DNA of 15,092 nucleotides from a virus (IMGVR_UViG_2896595138_000009), one strand, 5' to 3'; positions 1 to 8,785 are shown, counted from the stretch's first letter. Notes: generated by a model from the sequence alone, not told the origin. Numbers and translations: made by a program.

Positions 1-270
<270 letters not shown>

Positions 271-475
271 TTACCGTTAAATGATTTTAAAATCAGTAAG
301 TTGTATCGAGTTTGTATGCTTTACTGTCATTAACTTACTGTATGTTGATCCAGTATATTTAACCTTGATAAACTCAGTCCAGCAACACAAAACCGCAACA
401 CATTGCATTTTGTCCCGTAGAAAAGACTTGTATGTGTGAGCTTGTTTTCTGCGCCTACGCAGATAAGGATTGAGA

Positions 476-1873
476 ATGCCGCGCACTGTAACACATAATC
501 CGGATAGCCCCAATAATGACGATGTTTTAGCCGCATCTGAAAAATGGGACGCCTGTAAACCCCCCTATACCAGCGCACACATGAAAATCTGTGTTGCTGC
601 CGCCAAAATCATCCTCGCTGCTTCCGGCGTGGCTCGCCGTTCCAAATACGAAAAAGAGAACTATCTCCGTATCGATTTCAGCAAAGCCGGTAAGGTTACA
701 TTTTACGCCGAGTTTCCAAAAAAGATGGGCCTCAAAGGTAAAAAGCTCGGCGAGTGGCCGGAGCTCGCTATCCAGCTGGCGCGCGAAAAAGCACTAGGTA
801 TGGCTGACGGTGGACTGCGGGCAGAGTCCGTACATGCAGCGCTGGAAATGTACCGGGATGACTTCAAAGCCAAAGTAGCCCGGCAGAAGTTGAGCCCGGA
901 CAGTTTCACAACCTACGGGGTGCGTATCGACCGGATTAAAGCAACGTTCGGCGAGCGTGAGGTGTTCAGCGACGTAACATACAATCGGCTGGTGGAAGTG
1001 CTGGACGAGTGGATCGCCACTCGCTCGAACAATAACGCCCTGGAGTTGTTTGCCGAGCTCCGTCGGTTCTGGAAGTTCTGCGCACCTACTCTTTGCAACG
1101 GCCGCAATGTTGCCGCCAGTCTGCCAGATGATTATGTTTCCTCCCGCGTACAGAAACCTACCCCCACACGGCTTTTTACCGATATTGAATCAATCGCCCG
1201 ACTCTGGCTCAATGTTGCTGCCTGCACCTCTGTACACCAGAAGAATGCTGTTCGCTTCATGATCATCACTGGTGTTCGTCCGATTAATGTCCATAACCTG
1301 CGCTGGGACTACGTTTACGAGGAGGCTGGTGAAATTGTTTATCCGGAAGGGGTTATCGGCATGCGAGGGGCTATGAAAACACAAAAGGCTTTCCGCCTGC
1401 CGATAACGCCTGAGATCCGGCGGATTATCGACGAGCAGAAAGCCTGGCGTGATTCAGTTCCTGAGTGCAACAGGGATTATGTATTTTTGCAGCCACGTGA
1501 TCCAATGCAGCCATTTTCAAAACGATCACTGGATAAGCTGGTGAAAACATACAGCCCGGACGGGGCTGTAAAAGGAATAAAACATGATGGGACTGTTAAA
1601 GGGAAAGACGGTGCATTTAATACGATGTGCCGTAAATTCCTTAAGAGCAATGTTATTGCCTTGATGAAGGAAAGAGGCTATTCCCGCTCAGACCGAAGGG
1701 AAATCAGCCTCCTTTGCCTTCACCACTCCAGCAAGTCAGATGACCCGATGGCAGAACATTACGACTTTTCTGATGAGATTTTACAGGAAGAGATTGCGTT
1801 GAAGCGCGAAGCTTTCGAGGCTCACGAGCGGAGCATACTTGCGCAGGTGGCATTGCTACGGCGGCGAGGTTAA
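476..1873 (+). CDS. int: Phage-type tyrosine recombinase / integrase
   Basis: About 465-aa ORF directly beside the core gene. N-terminal arm-type region, C-terminal catalytic region with conserved Arg (TGVRPINV), paired His (LCLHHSS) and a Tyr near the C-terminus (AEHYDF). ATG at 476 has an AGGA Shine-Dalgarno 7 nt upstream; the ORF track begins 6 nt earlier at a TTG. Confidence 0.8.
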   Translation: MPRTVTHNPDSPNNDDVLAASEKWDACKPPYTSAHMKICVAAAKIILAASGVARRSKYEKENYLRIDFSKAGKVTFYAEFPKKMGLKGKKLGEWPELAIQLAREKALGMADGGLRAESVHAALEMYRDDFKAKVARQKLSPDSFTTYGVRIDRIKATFGEREVFSDVTYNRLVEVLDEWIATRSNNNALELFAELRRFWKFCAPTLCNGRNVAASLPDDYVSSRVQKPTPTRLFTDIESIARLWLNVAACTSVHQKNAVRFMIITGVRPINVHNLRWDYVYEEAGEIVYPEGVIGMRGAMKTQKAFRLPITPEIRRIIDEQKAWRDSVPECNRDYVFLQPRDPMQPFSKRSLDKLVKTYSPDGAVKGIKHDGTVKGKDGAFNTMCRKFLKSNVIALMKERGYSRSDRREISLLCLHHSSKSDDPMAEHYDFSDEILQEEIALKREAFEAHERSILAQVALLRRRG

Positions 1874-2070
1874 TACTGGCTGCGACATTTTTGAATAAAA
1901 GCGTCGACATTTCGGCGCTCATAACGAACCACTTTTGCACTGAAACGAATTGGTGCCAGGATAGCCCGATGACGATGCTTAATATTCCACTCACATAGTG
2001 TTTTCTGTGTAATACCTAATTTTTGGCATACTTCATCCGGGGTGAGTAAATCGTCGGGTTTCTCGCTCAT
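1870..2070 (-). CDS. AlpA/Xis-like helix-turn-helix protein (putative excisionase or prophage regulator)
   Basis: 66-aa ORF with an HTH-like segment ([21 protein letters not shown]) in the pattern of AlpA/Vis/Xis small DNA-binding proteins. Its ATG overlaps the stop of the upstream minus-strand gene as ATGA (coupling), and its stop overlaps the integrase stop. Confidence 0.55.
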   Translation of the reverse strand: MSEKPDDLLTPDEVCQKLGITQKTLCEWNIKHRHRAILAPIRFSAKVVRYERRNVDAFIQKCRSQY

Positions 2071-3667
2071 GCTATACCTCTCTTTTTCATGGCATCGAGC
2101 AGGATGTCCTGCACTGTTCGTTTTGAGTTGCGCTGCTCCATCACCATTTCGTCCATAGTGTCGGCAGCAATAATGTGGTGAATAAATACCGGACGATTGT
2201 GTCCGGCCTGTATCTGTCTGGTTGGGCCGATACGTTCAATAATTTGCTGATATTGCTCCAGGTCCCACCAGTGTGAGAAAAATACCAGTATATATCCGCC
2301 GTCCTGCATGTTCAGACCGTGGCCCGCGCTGGCTGGGTGTGCAAAGAGAACAGGAATCTTTCCGGAATTCCAGTCACGTAGTGTCTGTGGATCCTGGTCG
2401 AGGTGACGACCGCGAGGAAATGCTTTAAGCAAGCGTTCAAGATCGTGTTTCCAGTGATAAGCAACCAGCACAGGTGCGCCAGCTGCTTCGGTCAGTATGC
2501 TGTCCAGCGCCTGTAGTTTGGTGTCATGCAGTTCTGACCAACTTCCGGCGTCGTCTGTGTATACTGCGCCACTGGCGATTTGCAGACACTTCAGTGTCTT
2601 TGCCGCGGCGTTCGGTGCTTCGATGCCTTCGTCTATTTGTTCCTGTTTTAGTGAAGGGCGGGGAAGATTCTGGGGCTGGAATAGCCGTCCGGCCCAACGA
2701 CCGGTACGTGACGCCCCGCAGAACTGTAGCGTACCGCGTAAGCGCCCGTCGTGGCTTACGCCTTTCATCAGTGCCTTGTATTTACTGGTGCTGGTAGTAC
2801 TGGCCTGCAGGCGGATAGCCAGCAGTTCTTTCACGGCAGATGGTAAATCGGGGTCGGCTATACGACGTTCTAGGGTACTGCGTTGCATGTCTGGTAGCTC
2901 CACACCGTAGGATTCAACGATGTGCTTAATCAACGCGTCCCGTTGTGTGGCTGCCTGCACTTCGCCATCAGTCATTTCCTGTGTACGCTTTGCCAGGCGC
3001 TTTTGCTCCTGGTCTACCGCTTCGATCGCAGCGCGCGCGAGTTGCATGTCCATGCAGACGCCCCGGTCGTTGATCTGCTGATCACGATGCCAGAGCGCCA
3101 GTTCTGTCCCCTGATAATTCCACTTCGGCAGACGGTTATAGACTTCGCGCATTGCCTCGATATCCAGTCCGGCGTAAGCAACAAAGCGCCGCCATTCTTC
3201 CGGGGGGGTTTTGCTGGTGGCCCGGCGCAGTTTGCTGTTTTTCGGGCGTGGCTTACAGAACAGCTGGATCAGCGCTTTACCTTCTTTGTCCTTCGCTTTG
3301 TCTTGCGGGACGCCTAGTACTTCGCAGAGTTCCCCAGAGACCCCGGGAGACCGTGCGCCAGCGCCTGCACCATTGTGTCGCGCCAACGTTCGACTGGCGG
3401 TGCCAGGCGCGGCATTGCATAACGCAGGACGGTGCGGTCGAAGTGAGAGTTATGAAAATAAAGCAGGGTTTCAGGGGCTGCGATTGCTTCGTATAAGCCG
3501 TGTGGAATACCACCACCGGCAGTGATATCCCACACGTTTACGGGCCCGTCGTTGATAGCCCATGCGAACAGCATCACTTCAACGCCTTCGGCATACGCAT
3601 GGGTACCGTTCGTAATAGGGATTTCGCAATAGGTTTCCAGGTCGCCCCAGAGAATGTTTTCAGACAA
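2067..3667 (-). pseudogene. Frameshifted chimeric ORF: family-A DNA polymerase 3'-5' exonuclease domain plus start of the polymerase domain, fused to an SNF2-type helicase C-terminal domain
   Basis: N-terminal ORF (3667-3314) has Exo I (WGDLET) and Exo II ([12 protein letters not shown]) motifs; the next frame has Exo III-like [13 protein letters not shown] and a PolA-like segment [21 protein letters not shown] (compare TGRLSS..PNLQNIP), but motifs A/B/C are absent. The C-terminus instead carries SF2/SNF2 helicase motifs IV-VI ([47 protein letters not shown]). The two ORFs overlap at 3314-3386 in different frames, consistent with a 1-bp indel near the C4/G4 run at 3332-3335. TTG start at 3667 has a GGAGGA Shine-Dalgarno 7 nt upstream. 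Confidence 0.55.
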
Positions 3668-3733
3668 GACAGGGTCCTCCGTGGACTAAACGGTGATAAA
3701 AAGCCCCTGGCTGAGCAGGGGCGGATTGAATGA

Positions 3734-4510
3734 TTAACGAGGTAAAGTGGGTGGAATATATCTGCCGATGCGGTCTTCTATGGTCGGCAGAGCACACATG
3801 CTGTCGCTGAAGCGATCATGCAACCGGTAAACCAGTTTCGAATCCATTTTTTCGAGAGCTGGCATTAATTGCGCCTGCCAGATTTCATTAATACGTCGGA
3901 AGTTATGACAGATGGCGCGGAGATTGTTGATGAACATTTCCTTCTCTGCGTCAGTGACTTCTGTCTTCGCTTTCTGAATACGCTTTGTACAGCCGTTCCG
4001 GTAGAAGCGATCCTGCGCAGCGACAGCCTCATCCACGGTTGGATAGCACCCTACGTAAACGCTTTTCTCTCCGTTCCATGCGTAGGCTCTGTACGGGTTG
4101 TATTTGCTCCGGTGATGGTAAACCATCTTCGGCAGACACTCCCTGTGCGGCGCCAGTACCGTGGAGGACTGCGGAATAGCGGTTTCTTTCTCTATAAGAT
4201 CAAGCACCCAACGGCGAAATTCTTTTGCTACCGGCGTTGTTGCGAACATCGCTACCAGGTGGGCACCGCGTAGGGAGAAAATACGCACATCTTTTTCTCG
4301 TAAGCTATTGTTGATCCCGTTGAACCTCATTTTGAGGTTGATTGACATGCAAGGAGTAAACTCATCCGAGTTGCGGTTGTATATCTGGGTGATTTTATCG
4401 CCGCGCGAATATTCCAGTGCAGTAGCCAAAGTCGCGGCGGTGAACCACTGCTTACCGTTGTGTTCGATCGTTTCGAGAACGTGGGATTTGAATACGGGTT
4501 GAGTACTCAT
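3734..4510 (-). CDS. Phage antirepressor-like protein with N-terminal Bro-N domain; possible AP2-like DNA-binding segment in the middle
   Basis: 258-aa ORF; N-terminus (HNGKQWFTAATLATALEYSRGDKITQIYNRNSDEF) fits the Bro-N/KilA-N pattern. Segment YRAYAWNGEKSVYVGCYPTVDEAVAAQDRF resembles AP2-type domains. AAGGA Shine-Dalgarno about 9 nt upstream of the ATG at 4510. Confidence 0.6.
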   Translation of the reverse strand: MSTQPVFKSHVLETIEHNGKQWFTAATLATALEYSRGDKITQIYNRNSDEFTPCMSINLKMRFNGINNSLREKDVRIFSLRGAHLVAMFATTPVAKEFRRWVLDLIEKETAIPQSSTVLAPHRECLPKMVYHHRSKYNPYRAYAWNGEKSVYVGCYPTVDEAVAAQDRFYRNGCTKRIQKAKTEVTDAEKEMFINNLRAICHNFRRINEIWQAQLMPALEKMDSKLVYRLHDRFSDSMCALPTIEDRIGRYIPPTLPR

Positions 4511-4834
4511 AGTTTTATGTCCTTGTATTTTTGTTCAGAATCCCTGTGTTCAGCAGGGCGGTCAGGTACTTGAACACCGCATACAAGAACGGCCCGTATC
4601 CTTAGCCTTTCGGCTGTTTTTCGGTATACGCGCTACCCGACCATATCTGAAAATGGACATAAAAAATCCGCATGACTGACGGGCGCGGTTTCCGCTTGTA
4701 TAGGTGTGTTCAGCACCATGAAGCGGAATATAGCCCCGTTAATGCGGTGTTGTCAAATCATGTAGGCCTTATCTTGCTGTAAGCCGCGCCATTCGGGCTT
4801 TTCCCCACATTTGGGAAAAACTATCTTGTCAAAA

Positions 4835-5395
4835 TCATGCAGCCTTTCGCTCTCCTTCGATGAGTTCCTCTATTTTGTGCACTCCAGCCTCGTTGTACCG
4901 AAATGTTTCAACCTGCTTGTCACTGTGCGCCGATTTGTCGATGAACCACTTCCCGTACTTTTCTGTTTTGAGCATGTAGGTGTTGGCTATGCGTCCTACC
5001 TTGTTGGCTGAAATACCGTAGCGCTGGCCGACTTCCGTAGCAGAGTAGTAGTGCTCTGAGATAGCTGGCAGAGGAACAACATCGCGACCAACAATCGGGG
5101 TGAACACTCCAGCTACTGCTGCCTGCTTTGATTCTGAGGACAGATTCGGGAACATATTCACCAGTCGATCCGCCACGTTCAAAGCTATTTCCATGGCTCG
5201 CGCACGGTCTAGGCTACTTTCTGGTTGCGGTACTGGTTGAGGATGGTTGGCAACCTTTTCGCGCTGATTGAAGTAGCCGTCCTCCAGTTTTTCGAACACG
5301 TCCCATGCCTGATCGGTTTCGAGCATCTTCGCGTGACGGGCGGCTCCGCGCTCTGTCCAGAGGATGAGGTGGCGTGCATTTGGGGCAATTTTCAC
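4835..5395 (-). CDS. Phage antirepressor KilA-C/ANT-domain protein, probably a 5'-truncated remnant
   Basis: C-terminal half (HYYSATEVGQRYGISANKVGRIANTYMLKTEKYGKWF) fits the KilA-C/ANT family. The track ORF starts at a GTG with no Shine-Dalgarno; the frame stays open upstream to 5482 without any ATG and the first in-frame ATG is 23 codons downstream of that GTG, so the normal N-terminal domain is missing. Confidence 0.45.
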   Translation of the reverse strand: MKIAPNARHLILWTERGAARHAKMLETDQAWDVFEKLEDGYFNQREKVANHPQPVPQPESSLDRARAMEIALNVADRLVNMFPNLSSESKQAAVAGVFTPIVGRDVVPLPAISEHYYSATEVGQRYGISANKVGRIANTYMLKTEKYGKWFIDKSAHSDKQVETFRYNEAGVHKIEELIEGERKAA

Positions 5396-5510
5396 AAAGT
5401 AGTTTAAAGCTACTTTGTGTTTTAGCGCGCGCAGCTCGTCAGCGAGTTCAGATAAAAGAAATCTCCGCGAATGCGAGGATTGTTATTCACCTTTGACGGC
5501 AAGTTGCAGG

Positions 5511-5939
5511 TTAGCCACGGTTAACCTCCTGCGGCGGTTCTGGTAGCTGCATCCAGTGGGTTACCTCTTTGAGATACAGGTCTTCGCCATCACCGTCATC
5601 CCAAGTGGGATTGCCATCATTAAACCAGTCGCCATATACGCCGACCTGAGTGTTGGGGATGTTTGGTGGGTAGTTGTTTTTAAAGTCAGCTGCTAACACA
5701 TAGCATTGTCGCTCTCCCATTTCTGGCATTCGCTCACTACAGCTTATCCAACCATCCGGAATTACCGGAGAGTTGCCCGACATCTCATTCAACTTGTAAG
5801 TCTGGCTTACAGGTTTGGCTTCCAGTTCAGCAAATTTACGCACCAGATATTCAGCGTTTGTTTCGTTAACCTTTAAATCTCGTGGGATGCATTTACCTTT
5901 CAGAAATCCATCCATCTCAATTAGTGACATTTGTTTCAT
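5511..5939 (-). CDS. DUF551-family phage protein
   Basis: C-terminus carries the DUF551 signature (DGWIS...LPE.G...VL and VTHWMQLPEPP). The track start at 5957 is a GTG; I prefer the ATG at 5939 (MKQMSL...) with a GGAG Shine-Dalgarno about 9 nt upstream. Confidence 0.55.
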   Translation of the reverse strand: MKQMSLIEMDGFLKGKCIPRDLKVNETNAEYLVRKFAELEAKPVSQTYKLNEMSGNSPVIPDGWISCSERMPEMGERQCYVLAADFKNNYPPNIPNTQVGVYGDWFNDGNPTWDDGDGEDLYLKEVTHWMQLPEPPQEVNRG

Positions 5940-6082
5940 TTCTTCCCACTCCGCCACATAGCATTCAGATATTTGTTGTCATTAACAGAACCGAAACTCT
6001 TTCTCTTAAGCAATTTCTTGAGGTAGCCTGAGTTTAACGGACACTCCTTCCTGAAATAGAATGGCATCAGAAGGAGCTAATA

Positions 6083-6382
6083 ATGAGCAGAAAAACCCAA
6101 CGTTACTCTAAAGAGTTCAAAGCCGAAGCTGTCAGAACGGTTCTTGAAAATCAACTTTCCAGTGAAGGCGCTTCCCGATTATTCCTTCCTGAAGGCACTT
6201 TAGGACAATGGGTTACCGCCGCCAGAAAAGGGCTCGGTACTCCTGGTTCCCGCACGGTGGCTGAACTGGAATCTGAAATTCTGCAACTGCATAAGGCGTT
6301 AAATGAAGCTCGCCTTGAGCGAGATATATTAAAAAAAGCAACAGCGTATTTTGCACAGGAGTCGCTGAAAAATACGCGTTAA
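6083..6382 (+). CDS. IS3-family transposase OrfA (HTH / leucine-zipper protein)
   Basis: 99-aa ORF MSRKTQRYSKEFKAEAVRTVLENQ...ILKKATAYFAQESLKNTR, a typical IS3 OrfA, recalled as IS600-like. Confidence 0.85.
   Translation: MSRKTQRYSKEFKAEAVRTVLENQLSSEGASRLFLPEGTLGQWVTAARKGLGTPGSRTVAELESEILQLHKALNEARLERDILKKATAYFAQESLKNTR
6331..6338 (+). promoter_or_regulatory. Programmed -1 ribosomal frameshift site (A7G slippery run) of the IS3-family element
   Basis: AAAAAAAG at 6331-6338 inside the OrfA C-terminus (codons TTA AAA AAA GCA), at the position where the OrfB frame opens; this is the canonical IS3-family A AAA AAG motif. Confidence 0.6.
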
Positions 6383-7236
6383 TCGAACAATGGCGACAAC
6401 AATTTCCCATTGAAGAGATGTGTCAGGTATTTGGTGTATCCAGGAGCGGTTATTACAACCGGGTACAGCATGAACCCTCAGACAGAAAACAAAGTGATGA
6501 GCGGCTAAAACTGGAGATTAAGGTGGCACATATCCGCACTCGCGAAACATATGGAACCCGGCGGCTCCAGACGGAGCTGGCAGAGAATGGCATCATCGTT
6601 GGTCGTGACCGACTGGCACGTCTTCGTAAGGAGCTAAGGCTACGCTGTAAGCAGAAACGCAAGTTCAGAGCGACTACGAACCCGAACCACAATCTGCCAG
6701 TTGCGCCAAATCTGCTGAACCAGACGTTCGCTCCTACAGCACCAAATCAGGTCTGGGTGGCGGACCTGACGTATGTTGCCACACAGGAGGGATGGTTGTA
6801 CCTCGCTGGCATCAAAGATGTTTATACGTGCGAAATTGTCGGCTACGCCATGGGAGAGCGCATGACAAAAGAGCTGACAGGTAAAGCCCTGTTTATGGCG
6901 CTCAGGAGCCAGCGCCCACCTGCCGGGCTAATCCACCACTCTGATCGAGGTTCACAGTACTGCGCATACGATTACCGGGTCATACAGGAGCAGTCTGGTC
7001 TGAAAACATCAATGTCGCGTAAAGGTAACTGTTACGACAACGCTCCGATGGAAATCTTCTGGGGAACGCTGAAAAATGAAAGCCTGAGCCACTATCGTTT
7101 TAATAACCGGGATGAAGCCATCTCAGTAATACGGGAATACATTGAGATTTTCTACAATCGTCAGCGTCGTCACTCTCGTCTGGGGAATATCTCCCCGGCA
7201 GCCTTCAGGGAAAAATATCATCAGATAGCTGCTTAA
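6331..7236 (+). CDS. IS3-family transposase OrfB (DDE catalytic domain), expressed as an OrfAB fusion by -1 frameshifting
   Basis: The OrfB frame is open from the slippery site (...KKSNSVFCTGVAEKYALIEQWRQQFPIEEMCQVFGVSRSGYY...) and carries the DDE region (WVADLTY..., HHSDRGSQY, ...YNRQRRHS). It lies in the -1 frame relative to OrfA. Confidence 0.8.
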   Translation, partial: KKSNSVFCTGVAEKYALIEQWRQQFPIEEMCQVFGVSRSGYYNRVQHEPSDRKQSDERLKLEIKVAHIRTRETYGTRRLQTELAENGIIVGRDRLARLRKELRLRCKQKRKFRATTNPNHNLPVAPNLLNQTFAPTAPNQVWVADLTYVATQEGWLYLAGIKDVYTCEIVGYAMGERMTKELTGKALFMALRSQRPPAGLIHHSDRGSQYCAYDYRVIQEQSGLKTSMSRKGNCYDNAPMEIFWGTLKNESLSHYRFNNRDEAISVIREYIEIFYNRQRRHSRLGNISPAAFREKYHQIAA

Positions 7237-7451
7237 AAAAAGAACAAATGGTAGTGTCCGCTATTGCCAGTACACCTCAAAGCTGACGGTGATAAAGACA
7301 TCAGACTTGTCAGGGGGCGGTCATACAGAGGCTCACGACTGGGACCGGTGGGGATTTCAGCGCCCTGTACTCCCACCGGAACGCATATAGTATACCCACA
7401 ATATTTCATTACGGGATGTTCAGAGCATTCATTACCGGGGTCATATTGCGC

Positions 7452-7461
7452 CCTGTCCGGG
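7452..7461. repeat. Left copy of the direct repeat flanking the IS10-like element (CCTGTCCGGG)
   Basis: Identical 10-mer at 7452-7461 and 8763-8772 immediately outside the IS termini; IS10 makes 9-bp duplications, so the boundary is uncertain by 1 bp. Confidence 0.75.
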
Positions 7462-8762
7462 CTGAGGGATCCCCACAAAATTACTGCTAATAAACCAGCA
7501 CCATATTTCGGTAGGTTCTGGACAGATGGTTTAGAACTGTGCTCAGTACTGTTCGTCTTAAAATAAGTGGCGAGTGTCGAAGAACATTCTTCGCTAACGT
7601 CAGATATGAGATAACCCGCCGGGATTTAATGCTGTTAGCCTGATATTTCAGGTGTAACCCTTTATTTTCAGCGTGATAACCGAGTAACCACATTACGATA
7701 GTGCTCAACGTTGCCAGCAGACTCAGAACCAGAATTCTTCCTGTTGAACGACTTTTGCTGGCCCGAAGACCAAATCCGAAGCGCCCGTTCTTTTCATCAC
7801 GAAAGTTTTGCTCTATCTGCATTCGCCGACTGTATAACTTGATGATTTCTCGCGCTCTGAAGTCATTTGTACTGCTGAAGATCAACCAGGCTTCTTTTGC
7901 TGATTTGCTCTGTTCTTTGTCTGTTTTGTTTAAACCACTCTGACCTTTCGAACGTTTCTTTTTTCGCCCTTTTGCCGATTTCTTATAGGTGTAAAAATGC
8001 CCCCGGATGCTTTTTTTCCTTTCTTTAACCAGCCTTCCAGCCCCCATATATTCCGGTGTTTTACATTCAGGGCTATCCGACACTTTTAACCATCTTTCAG
8101 GCGCGTTATCGAGGCAATACTGAACGTTATTTCTGATCCGACCAATAAAATCCCAGCCCAGAGAAGTAATATGGTGAAACCATGCGCTCTGAAATCCAGC
8201 ATCCGTGACAATAATAACCCTGGCATCGGGGGGCAGGGATTGAGCAAGGGAATCAAGGAAATCATGTTGTATCAATGGATTATTTTGTTTTTCAGAAGGA
8301 ACAACCTTACTCAATAACGGAATGGAACGCCCGTCACACAGAAGGCTGGCACGAAGAACATGATGCTCCTGGGAGGGATAGCCACTCCAGTCTACGGCTA
8401 TTACACATAAAGATAACTGCCGTGTCAGCATTGAAGTGATATTCCTGAAAATCATTGGAATATCGCGATGGAGCGCCTCATTACCCATGAGGCGATCAAT
8501 ACGTTTGATCTTATTCTTAACTTGTGCATTACCCGGCAAAAAACGTCCGATACTGGTCAGCGTCAGAGATGCTCCGTTGATTAACGCCACTGTGGCATCC
8601 ATCAGGGCATTTTGTCGGTACTGATGAAATGGTGCTAAGGCATCCCGGAAGAAATTCTGACATACTTTATGAACAGGCATAGCAGTGATCTCATTGAATT
8701 GTTGGCACAAATCAGTAGATCACATAATGCTATGTCTGTCTCGTTTTCTGGGGATTCCTCAG
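7462..8762 (-). mobile_element. IS4-family insertion sequence, IS10-like but divergent, about 1.3 kb
   Basis: Termini CTGAGGGATCCCC (7462-7474) and its inverted counterpart GGGGATTCCTCAG (8750-8762) resemble the IS10 ends (CTGAGAGATCCCC). Flanked by a direct repeat, and contains one 407-aa transposase. Confidence 0.8.
7487..8710 (-). CDS. IS4-family (IS10-like) transposase, 407 aa, apparently intact
   Basis: Shares blocks with the IS10 transposase as recalled (IKRIDRL.GN..LH, VDWS, LRAS....GRS, DAGF, LGW, VQY, YS.RMQIE..FRD, QAN, LRHS), at roughly 40 percent identity by eye. Confidence 0.85.
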   Translation of the reverse strand: MCQQFNEITAMPVHKVCQNFFRDALAPFHQYRQNALMDATVALINGASLTLTSIGRFLPGNAQVKNKIKRIDRLMGNEALHRDIPMIFRNITSMLTRQLSLCVIAVDWSGYPSQEHHVLRASLLCDGRSIPLLSKVVPSEKQNNPLIQHDFLDSLAQSLPPDARVIIVTDAGFQSAWFHHITSLGWDFIGRIRNNVQYCLDNAPERWLKVSDSPECKTPEYMGAGRLVKERKKSIRGHFYTYKKSAKGRKKKRSKGQSGLNKTDKEQSKSAKEAWLIFSSTNDFRAREIIKLYSRRMQIEQNFRDEKNGRFGFGLRASKSRSTGRILVLSLLATLSTIVMWLLGYHAENKGLHLKYQANSIKSRRVISYLTLAKNVLRHSPLILRRTVLSTVLNHLSRTYRNMVLVY

Positions 8763-8772
8763 CCTGTCCGGG
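8763..8772. repeat. Right copy of the direct repeat flanking the IS10-like element (CCTGTCCGGG)
   Basis: See left copy. Confidence 0.75.
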
Positions 8773-8785
8773 GTGCCGGATACAT

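Larger units (their letters stand above)
6019..7279 (+). mobile_element. IS3-family insertion sequence, IS600-like, about 1261 bp
   Basis: Starts TGAGGTAGCCTGAGTTTAACGGACACTCC and ends ...GTAGTGTCCGCTATTGCCAGTACACCTCA: imperfect terminal inverted repeats of about 29 bp with TG...CA ends. Contains OrfA and OrfB in the -1 arrangement typical of IS3. No matching 3-bp direct repeat at the flanks (TCT left, AAG right). Confidence 0.85.

Noticed and set aside
277-909. Small ORFs in and around the attachment region and the 5' end of int (277-513, 330-578, 591-797, 703-909)
   Set aside because: Overlapping, in alternative frames or antisense to the integrase, with no recognisable features; the integrase frame accounts for the region.
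1704-1994. 96-aa minus-strand ORF overlapping the integrase 3' end and the xis-like gene
   Set aside because: It is in a different frame overlapping two better-supported genes and has no recognisable motif.
3202-3208. G7 homopolymer as the site of the polymerase-chimera frameshift
   Set aside because: The frame is continuous across this run (KTPPEEW); the shift lies further upstream near 3332-3335. Kept only as a possible slippage-prone site.
2474-3525. Several plus-strand ORFs of 104-137 aa (2474-2797, 2497-2910, 2922-3317, 3152-3496, 3211-3525)
   Set aside because: They are antisense to the minus-strand polymerase/helicase gene, overlap each other, and have no recognisable domains; typical shadow ORFs in GC-rich coding DNA.
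7233-7566. ORFs 7264-7566 (plus) and 7233-7478 (minus) spanning the IS600 / IS10-like junction
   Set aside because: Both cross IS terminal repeats and the inter-IS spacer, have no domain similarity or ribosome-binding site, and arise from juxtaposed unrelated sequence.
8669-8785. The N-terminal extension of the 235-aa ORF (MNRHSSDLIELLAQ...) as part of the DUF4376-like gene
   Set aside because: These codons lie inside the IS10-like element and its target duplication; the gene more plausibly starts at the ATG at 8786 outside the IS.
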